Below, piece after piece: positions 1 through 13,371 of a stretch of 64,000 nucleotides of DNA. This DNA is from Amoebidium appalachense (lineage: Eukaryota > Protista > Ichthyosporea), in NCBI GenBank assembly GCA_963693365.1, contig CAVNZM010000007.1, positions 8,429,962-8,493,961 of the forward strand. Direction: 5' to 3'. Under the pieces are notes generated by a model that was not told where the DNA came from, did no database searches, and was given only the letters and a program-made list of their open reading frames with translations. Positions within the stretch are counted from its first letter, which is position 1, and the number at the start of each line of letters is the position of its first letter. Made by a program: the position numbers and the translations under genes.

Positions 1-69
1 CACACGGTTTTTCCCCATTCCCATATTTCCCATCCCACCACCCCCTCTCCATGCATGAGCAAAGGTTGT

Positions 70-115
<46 letters not shown>

Positions 116-184
116 CACACACACGGTTTTCCCCCATTCCCATCTTTCCCATCCTCCCACCCCCTCTCCATGCATGAGCAAAGA
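1..184. repeat. Local direct duplication (~65 bp) separated by (CA)n
   Basis: cacacggttttt…ccatgcatgagcaaag occurs at 1-64 and again at ~120-184. Confidence 0.8.
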
Positions 185-217
185 TTGTGGAGCTCGGTTT
201 GTTTTTAGGCTACGCTT

Positions 218-254
<37 letters not shown>

Positions 255-293
255 ATCTCTCTCTTCATTCTCTCTCTCTTTCTGTCTCTCTTC

Positions 294-387
<94 letters not shown>

Positions 388-658
388 CCCCCCCCCCCCC
401 CCCCCCTCTCTCTCTCTCTCTCCCCCTCCCCCTCTCCCTCTCCCCCTCCCTCTCCCTCTCCCTCCCTCCCTCCCTCCCTCCCACCCACCCACCCACCCTC
501 CCCCCCCCCCCCCCCTCTCTCTCCCCCCCCCTCTCTCTCTCTCCCTCCCTCCCTCCCTCCCTCCCTCCGTTCCTCCCTCCCTCCCTCCCTCCCTCCCTCC
601 TTCCCTACCCCCCTCCCTCCCTACCCCCCTCCCTCTCTCCCCCCACCTTCCCCCCCTC

Positions 659-945
659 TCTATCTATCTATCACACAGAAACTCCCCCCCCCCCCCCCCC
701 CCCCCCCCCCCGTTTCACTCAGCACCGTCTGCTCTCACGTGCACACACGGTCTCTCTCTTTCCCTCTTATTCTCCCTTCTCTTACCCGTTCCCTCTCCCC
801 CCCCCCCCCCCCCCCCTCTCTATCTGTCTATCACACACACACTCCCCCCCCCCCCCCCCCCCCCCCCCCGTTTCACTCAGCACCGTCTGCTCTCACATGC
901 ACACACGGCCCCTTTCTTTCCCTCTTATTCTCCCTTCTCTTACTC
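659..945. repeat. Local tandem duplication (~160 bp) containing a C-run
   Basis: tctatcacaca…actc(C)n gtttcactcagcaccgtctgctctcac…tccctcttattctcccttctctta occurs twice (~659-785 and ~818-945). Confidence 0.8.
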
Positions 946-1245
946 CCTTCCCTCCCCCCCTCGGCTGCCCCCTCCCCCCCCCCCCCCCCTCCCCTCCCCT
1001 CCGTCCTCTCCCCCCCTCCTTCCTTCCTCCCCTCCGTTCTCTCTCTCGCTCCCCCCCATCGGGGGAGACCCCCCCCCCCCCCCCCCCTCCTTCTTTCTCT
1101 TCACACTCAACATGGCATACACGCGCATGCACACACATTCAAACACACACACACACACACACTCTCTCTCTCCCTCTTCTCTCTCCACTCTCCCTCTCTC
1201 ACTCCCTCCCTCCCCCTCTCTCTCTCCTCTCTCTCTCTATCTCTC

Positions 1246-1286
<41 letters not shown>

Positions 1287-1488
1287 TTCACTCCCCTCAC
1301 TCCCTCTATCTCTTCTTACTCACTCACCATCCTCTCTCCCATGCACATGCGGTCTCTCTTAACCGCTTTCCTACTTTTCTTCCCTGGGACTTCATTCTTT
1401 TCAGCTGGTGTGGTATGTTAGCTAGGGAATTATCGACTTAGGTATCGACGGGGGGGCCTAGAAGCCCCGTCAAATGAGTTCCTCATTT

Positions 1489-1630
1489 TGCACACTGCAC
1501 AGGTTGCTGATGTTGCATACCTGAATGTTTGCTTTTCCTGTGTCCTTCACCGTGTTTCTCATCGTGTTCTTGTACTTCGTACCATGTTCCGCTTTTTAAC
1601 CCCCCTTTTTTCGTACTTTATGACGCATTC

Positions 1631-1632
<2 letters not shown>
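1489..1632 (+). mobile_element. Truncated copy of the poly(C)-anchored 452-bp family, with a second 3' end stacked on it
   Basis: gctgatgttgcatacctgaatgtttgc…gtacttcgtaccatgttccgc matches the monomer 3' part. It is followed by tcgtactttatgacgcattcaa and a C-run (1633-1662). Confidence 0.8.
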
Positions 1633-1664
<32 letters not shown>

Positions 1665-1878
1665 CCCCCCCAGAATCAAACCTACACCTTCTGAACATCC
1701 CAACACAATTCACATCACAACACTCTTCTTGGCCACATTTTTTTTGGCCCTGCAATCTCGTGAGCGATTCTTCCCTGCTGTGCCCTCACGGTGGCCTCAA
1801 GTCTGTGTCACCAGGTTTTGGGTTGTCCTAGAATGCAATCCTTCTCGTTAGTGTTCTGATCCTGTTTACTCAGTTAGC

Positions 1879-1923
<45 letters not shown>

Positions 1924-1949
1924 CCCTCCTCCTCCCATGTTCAAATGCA

Positions 1950-2009
1950 GCCGTGTCTGAGTTGGGTTTCGTCGACAAGGTGATTGGGTGTATGTGTGTG
2001 CGGCGCGCG

Positions 2010-2057
<48 letters not shown>

Positions 2058-2152
2058 CCCCTTTTAACTCCCTCCGCGCGCGCGTGTGTGCGTGTGCGTG
2101 TGTCACGGTGTATGTGTGTGTGTTCCCCTTTTATCTCCCGGCACGCGCGAGT

Positions 2153-2206
<54 letters not shown>

Positions 2207-3263
2207 CCCCTTTTATCTCCCGATCGCGATTCCCCCCCCCCCCTGTGTGTGTTGTGTGTATGTGTGTGTGTGTTTCCCTTTTATCTCCCGATCCCCCCCC
2301 CCCCCCCCCCCCCCCCCCCCACCACCACCACCACCACCACCACCAACCACCAAAAAAAAAAAAAAAAAAAAGATTAAAGAAAACACAGGCACACATACCG
2401 CAAAATTCTGGTTTATTGAAGGTACTTTATAGAAAGTCTAGTCCCCGGTTCTGTGTCTATTGACACAAAAACCCCCATTTACAAAGAAATCTGAGCTATT
2501 CCTCCTCCGTCGTGGCAGTGGTACTGCCATGTGTGTACATATGCCCCGTGATGTAGTGCATGCACGTGTGTGCGCGAACACACCGGGCACACACCACGAT
2601 TACCACTCACGTGCACCATTATGACATGTGTACCTACACTCAACCACCCACGTACACGCACACACACACACACACTCGTGACACACACGCGCGCGCACAC
2701 ACAGAAAATAACCCTACAGACCTAGGCCTGCACGTGCACGTGTACACAGTCTAATTAACTGGAAAAGCAAAAAACGGTTGGCTTTGTGTGGCAAAGGCTT
2801 TGCCACAGTGCACCTCCCCACCGCCTCCCACGGTGCTTCTTACACACTTGTATGTGCACCAGTCTTTACACAACACTGCCCACTGAGACGTCAGGCCCCG
2901 AGCAGATGGGTAACCATGGCCACTATAACCCCCTCCCCCCCCTCCTCCTAGGCCTTTCCCACCCCACCGCCCCCATATATACGAGGCATACTCTTTATGT
3001 GTGATGAGTTGCAATTGTCCGTCGTGAATGTGTACTTCCTACCGTAGGCTGTTACTCTTTCTATACACCACCCCCTCTCTCCCAACCTACACACATACAC
3101 AAACAACCACACTCACCCACCATGGTATTTTCCACACATATTTGCACACGTTACCGCTTACTCTTACTTCTTGGTCATGCTTGTGAATTTCGGTTTTTGG
3201 ACACAGACGGCATTATGACGTATAAAGAAGACAGTGGCTACATGAAGCTGTCCTTTTCGTAGC
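1950..3263 (+). CDS. Possible 3' end of an unidentified spliced gene (small exons); product unknown
   Basis: AG/GT-bounded unique islands among microsatellites: ~1951-1979 (VSELGFVDK), ~2863-2909 (LYTTLPTETSGPEQM) and a terminal ~3208-3263 (DGIMTYKEDSGYMKLSFS*). The last two join in phase; the upstream joins are unresolved. Confidence 0.25.
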
Positions 3264-3512
3264 TCAAATCAGTACTTGTGCATTCCTCGACGTGATTGTA
3301 TGAACATAATTATACATGCATGCACTGCGGTTGGAATAATTCACTAACTCAATAACCACACGCGCCCACGCATTCACAGGTACGTACACACCTGTGTTAC
3401 ACGGACACTTGCACAAACGTGCAAAAGCGTGCCCGTCGCGCGCACACACACGGACGTTTGTGTGCACACATGCGCATGCACACATCTGCACATAAACACA
3501 CACACGAACACA

Positions 3513-3576
<64 letters not shown>

Positions 3577-5707
3577 AACACACGTACACAGCTGAACGTG
3601 TGTCTGTGTGTGTGCTGTGTATGTGTTGACGTCACACTGCATGCGCGCGTGTGTGTGAGAGGGTACCGACGTCGAGCTTTTGAGAGGACGTGTGGACGCG
3701 AAGGGCCCCACTGTTTGAGTGCTAACGAATAAATATCACCCATCTTTCAAGCATCACACTTGTACATATGCCCTTGGCAACCCAATAGGTTTCGGGCAGA
3801 ACTCCGAGGAATAGCCTGGTTAGAGGGTGAATGTGTTTTGTGTGCGTGTGTGTGGGTGTGTTTTCTCTCTGAAGCCGCTTTGCACAAACAGAGTTAGCCT
3901 CATGCTCCTGGGCTGATCGGCCGGTCGCGCTCTCCATTCTTGAATAGCATCACCTGTTCCCTTGTTTTTATTATTTGTTTTAAAAGATAACCTCGAAGTG
4001 TGAATGCGCAAGACCGCTGTGTTTCGAGGGGACAAAAAAAAAAAAAAAGATCCTTTGGCAACGGCAGGCCGTTCGCCGGCTTCGCGTTGCGCAAAAGTTG
4101 GCGCATGTCGCTTCGTGACACATAGCAAATTGCAGCGGAATATTTGGTCGCATTTGATTGGTGTATGCATATCATATGTGTCAATTAGTACGAGATAGGT
4201 CGACGGATCTTTCAAGTTGCAACCACAGCTTGAGCCGCAAGTTGAGCGTCACTGCGTCAGTGCGAGGCCTGAACCACATAAATACATTGTAGACGGCACG
4301 CGTCGCGGCTCATATATCGTATAACTATATGAAGATAGATAGCAACTCAACGGAACGTCACACTTAGTACGTACAGGTAACACATACTGCTAGGTGATTG
4401 ATGATGTGCTTGCCACTGCTTTTTTGTCTACTAACGGCTACACAAGTTTGCTATTGGCATGAGCCTGGAAGTTGCGACAAAAATGAATAGCAGATCTAAA
4501 AAGGTCAAAGCATGGTTTTCACGGTACATGAACCGAATAGGCTCACCATGAACAGCTTTTAAAGCTGTCTAATATAAAACTCAAAGGCTGTTGTTTTGCA
4601 AACGAAACTGGACCCCGTGGAGACTATTCTCATTTATAATTCAACGGTTGGTGTTGTGGATCCGTGTTCTGCACTGTACAGGTGACTGGTCTAGTCTAAA
4701 AAAAGCCCGCATTGTCTATGGCACAAGTAAGGGTATCTGATGTAAGACTATCGGTACACTCTATATTGGGCATAGTCTAGGCTAATAGTAGCACGGAGCA
4801 TAGTCTCCAAGGCTATGTACCCACTGGCTTGCAAGCCTTGCACTACTACGCTGGTTGGGTCTATGAATTCCTGTTGGACATTCGGAACGCTTGGTTATCT
4901 CGTAGATCCAGTAGGAATGCTGTATTTTCTTGTTGGGCAATAGGAACGCTCTCCTAAGTTGGGCAATAGCAACGCTTCCTTAATTCGCATTAAATTATTA
5001 AGGCGACTTGAAACCAATCATATGCTTTACATTTAAATTTGTTTGCGCAATCAGACACTTTGTCCAGTGATTGTCGCCTGCGGCAACATACAAGGAATGC
5101 CAAGCCGGCAGCAGGGAGAGTCACTCAAATTGACTACACGGAGCATGCGTGATAATATCAGGGGTTTACACACTTTTTATTGCGTGGACACTGCCGGAGG
5201 CCCAGCCACATTCGACGGCCTACTGCGTTTTCCAGCGCAGCCAATCAAATGCAGCCAGTGACATATGTACATGCTAGGCAACAATGAGCGCCATCGTAGT
5301 ATATGACACCCCCTCAGCGCCTTTTACCGTATGTGCTTTTTTGTAACGATTACTTCCAGAAGCAACATTTCTTCATGCATATGCATGCATTTGTGTAAAA
5401 CACATGTGTAAGTACATACTACTGTTGCAGTGCTTAAAAAAAATAGCTAGTATAGGTCGCCTTTGTTACACCATACCAATGGCGTTCTCGTAACCCAGAG
5501 TTCGCATTTCGACCCAGGATAAATTTGCGGGGGCTTTTTTAATAAAATTTTTATCATTCAAAAAGGCCAATGGACCAATGGTCTTGGTGTTACACGGTTG
5601 GCTTTTTTTTATATGGCTTCAGCCAATCATAAATTCAGGCTTACTTTTTGCTTTTGCCAAAGAATTCTGCTAGCCACTCTCAGGAGTGCTGTCTTCCCTG
5701 CGGTCTT

Positions 5708-5749
<42 letters not shown>

Positions 5750-6091
5750 GTTGCCGCAGGTCCCGTGGCCATGGCGTAGTAGTGCCCGGCCACTTACGTA
5801 GGGCTACCTTTCGTAAAGGCATTTCGAGTCGTAAGCCAGTGGGTACATATCCTTGGAGACTAGAATTCTGCTGTCACCACCTCACCGCATTGCCTCACCA
5901 GTCGGTATAATACGTACCAGCGGCACTGGCTGTGGTCCAGCACACCGTGGCACCGACCCGTCACGTGCACTCAGATGCCATTATATAGCGTCCTATCAGT
6001 AGACTAAGTGAGTGGTAGTTATCAATGAAGAAGGTGACGTGGGATGTGTGTGTGTGTGTGTGACAGTGTGTGTGTGTGTGTGTTTACACTA

Positions 6092-6122
<31 letters not shown>

Positions 6123-6320
6123 GTGTGTGCGTGTGTGTCACGTGTGTGGCGTGTGTGTGCGTGCACGCGTACGGTGTGTGTGCGTGTGTGGTGGTATTGT
6201 GTATGTGTGTGTGCACGGTGTATGTGTGTGTGTATGTACGTGTGTGTGTGTGTGTGTGTGATAGGAGGCATAGATGCACCTAGTTCTACACGGGGGGTAA
6301 CGGGCCCGGGGGAACGTGAT

Positions 6321-6431
6321 TATACGACTAAGCAACCGGGCATTATGCAGTGCACATACGCGTCCACAATAAAAAAGTTCTTGGGAAATGTACGAAGTTG
6401 CTGCAGTGCTGCTGCTATGCATATCCCCGCC

Positions 6432-6478
<47 letters not shown>

Positions 6479-6702
6479 ACCTCCCCTCCCTCTTCCCCCT
6501 GCCCGCCTCCCTTTCCCTGCCCGCCCTCCCGGCCTCCCCTGAGGGCCTCCCTCCCCCTCCGCACCCCCTCCCCTCCCCACCCCTCGGCTGCCCGCTTCTC
6601 CTCGAACCCCACTCACGCTACCCCACCACGTCCCCTATCACCACCCCTCCGCCGGTTCGAAAGCACACAGCACCCATACGGCCACCACATAAAAAAGGCC
6701 TT

Positions 6703-6735
<33 letters not shown>

Positions 6736-6807
6736 AGGAATTTGTGTCATCTGTGTGTCACGGTGTGAGTGTACGGTGTGCCAATGTGTGTGTGTGTGTG
6801 TGTGTGT

Positions 6808-6899
<92 letters not shown>

Positions 6900-7642
6900 C
6901 AGTGTGTGTGTGTGTGTGCGTGTGGCGGGGGTGATGGGGGAAGGGTAGGGACGGTCTCGTTGCGTCCAAACCTCCAATGCACGTCTCAGAAGGCTTCGAC
7001 TGGCCGACTGTGATCACCGACCGACGGTGACCACATCTGACCCTTCGGCCCTCCTCAACCCTCCCCTCCCCCCCCCCCCCCCCCCCCCCCGTTGCCCTCC
7101 CTTTCCACCCCCCCGCCCTCCCCCCCCGCCCCATCCCCCCCGATCGAGGAGCAGAGAGATCCCTTTCTGCCCAGCGTATAGACCGAGAATAGGACTCAAA
7201 TTTGCTGCCGGGAAGGAAAGAGATGCAATACTATGCCATGAAGGAAAGGCCTTAGGAATGGTAACCGTTGGCTAAACCTACGGTAGTGGCTATATTGCTC
7301 AAGACTAGCTTGAGTTCACACACCAGGACTCAGGTGGGGATTGTGTTGTTACCGATGGCTGAGGTTGAGGCCCCCAGAGGGTCAGATGGGAGGAGGGCGT
7401 AACCTGACTTACAATGTTGTACGCCTCTTTGAAACTGCCCCAGTACCTGAACAGCACCTGCATTTTCTGTTCTTTTCACAATCTTTTGATGAGTCCTCAC
7501 ACTGCAGCTGCCGAATTTATTGTGAGGCTGCACTTGTCACAGCACTCCCGGAAGCTGGCTAACCGGTGCGCAGGGGGGAGGGGGGGGGGGGGGGGGGAAG
7601 GGGGGGGGAAGCTTTGGGGGGCTAGGGAAGGGAGGCGGGCGA

Positions 7643-7675
<33 letters not shown>

Positions 7676-7879
7676 CGGCTTCGGAGGGCTGGGGGAGGGG
7701 TAGGAGCAGGGGGGGGGTGGGGGGTGTTGAATTTTCGCAGAGACATCAATTGCGTATGATGGGCCCGGGGTAAAGTTAACCTATTATCGTTCCGATGGCT
7801 ACCGGGACCGACAGGGGGATTCAAGCAACATGAAGCGAAAACAGGGGAAAGGGGGGAAAGGGGGTGAGTGGGTGTGTGT

Positions 7880-7930
<51 letters not shown>

Positions 7931-8029
7931 GGGGGGGGGGGGGGGGGAGGGGGGGGAGAGGAGGGGAGAAGTCTTTGCCAAAGGACTGTGACGCACTGCG
8001 GCCTATGTGTGTGTGTGCACGTGTCCGGG

Positions 8030-8066
<37 letters not shown>

Positions 8067-8336
8067 ATGTATGTGTGTGTCCGCGTCAGTGTCCGTGTTC
8101 GTGTGCGTACAGCATGGTGCGCATGCGAGCGATTTTAAAACTTAAGTCAGCCACAGGCCAGGATTAAGGACGTGCACGCGGCATGGCAGCTGCTTTAAAC
8201 AGAGTGTCTTGCCCGCCCACGCAACGTATATAATATCCCCCCCCCCCCACACACACACAAAAAAAAATTTAGTATTTGAAACGGAGTTCAGCACACACAT
8301 ACACACACGCGCACACGCGTGTGCGCGCGCGCACAG

Positions 8337-8385
<49 letters not shown>

Positions 8386-8576
8386 ACACATACACGCACA
8401 CACATCTCGCACCCCAATCCTCTTGCTCCGCCCCTCCACACCCCACCACCACCAACGGCGTTGAATCACAAAATTTTGGGAAAAAAAAAAGAAAACGAAA
8501 AATAAAAAAAAATCCCTACTGGAGCCCGTCCCGAAAAGACCAACCGGGGGGTGGGGTGGGTGGGGGGAGAGGGGGA

Positions 8577-8619
<43 letters not shown>

Positions 8620-9095
8620 GGGGGGGAGGGGGGGGGGGGGGGGGGGGGGGGGAGGGGGTGTTGTGAAGAAACCGAGCTCTACAGCCCAGGAACCTTATGA
8701 TACTATATCCGATTCTTCACGGTCGATTTTAATCAGTGCACGTCCCAGGGCTTCTGCATTTTCTTGTTGCCTTCACTCATCATAGCCACAGGCAGAAGGC
8801 AAGTTGGCAGCCCCGGAATCATCTCCACCCCCTCCCTCCTCCCCCTCCCCCACCTGCCCCCACCCCCCTCACACGTTCCCCCCTCCCTCCCCCCACCTCC
8901 CCCCCACCCCCCCCACACCTCCCCCCCCTCCCCAAATGTTACCCTTAATTCAATGAGCTGGTCAGGCTGACCAGGTCATGGAATTGCACATTCCAACCCC
9001 CCCAAGCCTGCAGGGAGTTTTGTTGTGTTTTTGGCGTTTGTTCCTGTGCAGGACCTGCGGATTTGAGAGATATCGTATGGGCGGGGGGCCGCGGA

Positions 9096-9161
<66 letters not shown>

Positions 9162-9267
9162 GGGGGGGAGGGGGGGGGGGGAGGGGAGAGAGGAGGGGGC
9201 GGGGAGGGAAGGAGGGGGAGGCCGGGAGGCGGGCAGGGAAAGGGAGGCGGGCGGGGGGAAGAGGGAG

Positions 9268-9303
<36 letters not shown>

Positions 9304-9417
9304 GCGGGATATGCATAGCAGCACCACTGGGCCACTGCAGCAACTTCGTACATTTCCCAAACTTTTTTATTGTGGACGCGTATGTGCACTGCATAATGCC
9401 TGCTGCTTAGTCGTATA
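6321..9417. mobile_element. Non-autonomous or degenerate DNA transposon with ~220-bp terminal inverted repeats (Tc1/mariner-pogo-like TA ends)
   Basis: 6321-~6540 (tatacgactaagca…cattatgcagtgcacatacgcgtccacaataaaaaagtt…) is the reverse complement of ~9213-9417. Both ends finish in TA. No intact transposase ORF inside. Confidence 0.8.
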
Positions 9418-9820
9418 TTCACTGACCAGAGAGTGGGCCTATAAATGTGCATGGCCATGTGCAACAACATATTGCACATGCATGCAGTATGTGTGAAAAT
9501 GATTAAACTCGAAAATGTGTTCGGCATTGTGGAAAGTGCAGAAAATGAATACCCTTGAAGGGTTTTGTTTATTAGTTGTAATCATTTCAACTTAGTTTCG
9601 GTTTTTTCAGGTGGTTTTGCCGCTTTTGGTGTTTTGCTTTACCAATAGTTTTTTTTTGGGGTTGGTTTGGATGAGCACAAACACTAGGCACATGTTCAAT
9701 GTTCACATGTATTCACACACACACACTGACTCATACCCACAACACACATATACACACGCGCGCACACGCACAAGCAGAGTGGCACATGCACGTGCGTGGG
9801 CAGGCATACACGCGCGCGCG

Positions 9821-9886
<66 letters not shown>

Positions 9887-10174
9887 GTGTACACACACAC
9901 ACACACACACACAAACACAAACTTCACACAAACAGGCAGATATGTACACATACATGCACAAAAAAGGTGCATATTTGCACGTGCGGCACCTTTCAAAAGT
10001 CTAACACGCATTCAAACCCACACTCCTTTCTCAGACTTAGTGTGGCACACAGACACGCACTAGGATTCGTTTCGTCTTGAAGGGAACCAAGCAAACTCTC
10101 ACATTTGCTTTGCAGAAACTTGAGTTGAAAGGAAATCACCTCCTGCTGGTTGTATTTTTGTTGAAGTTGTGGAG

Positions 10175-10215
<41 letters not shown>

Positions 10216-10402
10216 AGTCCCCCCCTCCCCCCCCCCTCCCCCCCCTTGCCTTGCCCCGCCCCGCCCCGCTTCACCCCGCCCGCCTGCCCGCCTGCCCGCC
10301 CGCCCGCCCGGTCCTCCCTTCCATCCAGTTTCTATTTTCCTTCAGCCCCGGTAGCCACTACTATCTTACTAGGCTCAAAGTGTTAAGATTTCCTAGAATC
10401 CC

Positions 10403-10444
<42 letters not shown>

Positions 10445-11441
10445 CTACAGTTTTATTTTGTTTGTAAATGTGCACATTTTTTTTCTTGTTTTTTTTTTCT
10501 TCTTTTTTTTTTTTGAAGGGGGGGGGGGGGGGGGGGGGGGGTGTCCTGAAAACTCCGGGAATGATTTTGTCGTGTATCCATCGCAAAAGATATCCGAAAA
10601 TTTCAATCGAGCCAATGTGACTCAATGGATGACGACTGAAAGAGTCATTGAAGCCTATCCCATAGCACGTAGATTTATGCATTCAATGTTGGTGTGTTAA
10701 AATCATCGCTTTTTACTATATGAAGAAAAGAAAATACAGACAAAGAGATCAGAAGCTAAGACGAGAGAAGATGAGCATAAGCCTCTGATATAGCACATCG
10801 ATTGATCATACTATGCATTCTAGTACTGGTGTTGGCATTGCTTTGTATGTGTATGAAGCAACCATTCAGACAAAGAGACAAAAAAGAGCAAAACCGTAAG
10901 CTAACCAGGCATAGCTCGCATATAGTCATGAATCCTTGTGACGCAATGACATAATTAACCGTTTTTAAATGCTACGGATGACTGGTCCAAAGTCAGTTCT
11001 ATAATAGCCGACATCAACATGATGAAAAAACTTGCAGGCTGAAATAGTATGTCAAAACTATTGACATGATATATACACAATAAAAACTTTGTTGAACAGG
11101 ACACATAGTCTTCTCGAATATACATCATACGGTAGTAATGAGTTCCGAACCTCACTGAATGGACGTGCCACGTGCCACACACAACTTTCTAATTTAAAAG
11201 GCATTTGAGCCCCTTAAAGGCAAGTTCTCATCGTGGGCCAAGGGCTGTCTCAAAATGATTCAGTATAAAATGACAGTGCCAGAGTCAGGTTCAAATTCAA
11301 CCCCCCCCCCCCCCCCCCCCCCCCCCTTCATACTGCCCCCCTTTCCCCCCTGTTTTTCAATGATTCAACGGAACTGAAATATACCAAGTTTTAAGTTGAC
11401 CACCAATAATATCTTAGTACTCTAACAACACGCTCGTACCC

Positions 11442-12563
11442 TCAAGAGTCCGGGATGAACTTGCACAGTGGCATGCTAGGCAGTAAGCCCTGTGTCTGCA
11501 TTACCCCCCCACCTGTGCATGCACACACACTCTCAGCCGCATTCTTAGGCTCAAGTAGCTCCTTGCTGCACCTTTTGCTGCTTGACAGAGCAGGGTAGTC
11601 CGCAGATGTTGTAGGGGCAACATGGAGGGGAAGGTGCAGAGAAGACCTTCTTCTACCGCTGAACACTTTAGGGGTTTCCGCACTCGTCGTTTTGACTGGG
11701 ACGTGCTGTTCACTGGCACTGTTGCGCGAGTTTCGCCGTGATACAGGCGCCTCCCTTGCGTTTTCAAACGGGGAGCGTGATCTCGAACGGCCGCGCTGCC
11801 CACCGCTGCTACGTCTCGATATGGCAGAAAGTGTGTGTTCTGTCGAGCTCGAGCAAGGCCCGCGGTGGGGTGACTGGATTTTTCTTGTCGCCGTGGGTGT
11901 TGTTTTGTCTGCATGTGGTTGACCCGGTGTGTCGAGCTTGCCAAGCGGGAGGGCAGTTGTAGGAGGTGTGCCTGTTTTGCTTGACTCTGGGGCTACTTTC
12001 GGACTCCCATTTACAGTGACGGGCACGTTGTCATTGTGTGATGCTGGTCGCCTCCCCTCATATCTGCATTCGCGATGGTGAGCCGACATGCCCCTGCTCG
12101 ACTCCATTTTGTGTGCAAAAGACCGACACGTAGTGTTGTCATGGTTGAGCTTCGGAGATCTATCTCGGAAACGGGCATACACATGCTCTCCCCGACGATC
12201 ATCATTGTTATCCCGTCTGCCCCTTCCTTGCCAACGGTTCTCATAGTACAGATGCTCGCCCATGCGCGAGTCGGGGGTTGGACGCCAGCTCAGGCTTCTT
12301 GAATCACGTTCGTGGTAGTAAGGGCATTCACGTTTCAAACAACCGCCTGGAGTGTCAAAGTAACGGCGCACAGTGCGGGTCTCGGGGTGAAAAAATACCC
12401 AAGGGGGTGGGTGGGCAAACTGGCAGGCATGTGTGCCACAGCGCTGTCTCTGTAGGTACTCTGGGCATACAGACTTGTATTTTTTGTCGAATTTACTGGT
12501 GTCGTAAAAGTCCCTTTGACGCATGGGTGAACGATGCCTGTGTGGCTGCCTGGGCGGAATCAT
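11442..12563 (-). CDS. Tandem CCCH zinc-finger protein (muscleblind-like arrangement) with a long disordered R/S-rich tail
   Basis: Long non-repetitive ORF. Finger 1 is CPEYLQRQRCGTHACQFAH (C-x8-C-x4-C-x3-H), followed by PPPWV and a degenerate finger 2, RRYFDTPGGCLKRECPYYH. First ATG at 12563; an upstream exon via the acceptor at ~12632 is possible. Confidence 0.7.
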   Translation of the reverse strand: MIPPRQPHRHRSPMRQRDFYDTSKFDKKYKSVCPEYLQRQRCGTHACQFAHPPPWVFFHPETRTVRRYFDTPGGCLKRECPYYHERDSRSLSWRPTPDSRMGEHLYYENRWQGRGRRDNNDDRRGEHVYARFRDRSPKLNHDNTTCRSFAHKMESSRGMSAHHRECRYEGRRPASHNDNVPVTVNGSPKVAPESSKTGTPPTTALPLGKLDTPGQPHADKTTPTATRKIQSPHRGPCSSSTEHTLSAISRRSSGGQRGRSRSRSPFENAREAPVSRRNSRNSASEQHVPVKTTSAETPKVFSGRRRSSLHLPLHVAPTTSADYPALSSSKRCSKELLEPKNAAESVCACTGGGVMQTQGLLPSMPLCKFIPDS

Positions 12564-13331
12564 GACGGCAGCTAGATGTGGCACGGGGGAAAAAGGTTTT
12601 GTTGTAGTTGTGTGAATGCGTGAAAGTCCAGCTGCAGAAATCAAATTTAGACAAGAACGTTAGAATTCCTTTTCGAAACAAAGAAGCTTGAAATCAGGGA
12701 AACAGGAGACCTCAATATATAGAGAAAAGGCGAAGTCAAGACTTGGTCGAGCTGATCTCTTGACTAGTGCTAGGCTGGAGTACAGTGTGTACATGTATAG
12801 TTAGATGTACATACTTTGTTGTAGATGGAAACAGGTGGAGGATCCAGAAAGGCAACAAGCACGGCTAGGCAAGAACATCTACATGGATAACGTATGCATC
12901 AAATGTCTGTAGAAAGTCTTAGGAACCCTCGCGTACTCAACCGAAAGCCTTCAGCATCTCGCGAACTTAGGCTAGATCTATCGTGGTTGCTAGCTACAAT
13001 TCATGTTTCACATTGATCTCAGCCTGAGGGAGTGGAAAACTTAAGCAAGAATACCAACATAAAGGAAAACCAAGAAGGAAGCCTCTCATGTATGTATATC
13101 CTGTATAACTACCCTGCTCCCTCCTACCTAAAAGAGAATTTACAGCATGCATGGAAAAAACGGAGAGGGGAGAGGGAGCTCCTGAGCCTCGGATCCGCGA
13201 GCGAAGTGCTGAAGTTCGTGTGAATCGTGTCCGTGAAAAAGCATCAAGCGAACAGTTACGTAAGCGATTTTAAATGCTGGAATTTTTGTTATCCATTTAT
13301 ATTTGTTAAACAGGTTTTATTTCTAAACGTG

Positions 13332-13371
13332 ATTGGTCGTAGGAGAGATTAAAAAAGAGCAGGCTGATTGG
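13332..13371. promoter_or_regulatory. Paired CCAAT boxes in the divergent promoter of the CCCH and SR-like genes
   Basis: GATTGGT (ATTGG at 13332) and GATTGGC (ATTGG at 13367), 35 bp apart, ~180-220 bp upstream of the SR-gene ATG. Confidence 0.5.

Noticed and set aside
187-1441. Long Pro/Ser/Leu-rich ORFs, and similar poly-P/G, HT and CV ORFs throughout the window
   Set aside because: They are translations of stop-free microsatellites and homopolymers, open in several frames.
10560-10700. hAT dimerisation-domain-like peptide (VTQWMTTERVIEAYPIARRF)
   Set aside because: Resemblance is too weak and there is no following ERxFS motif.
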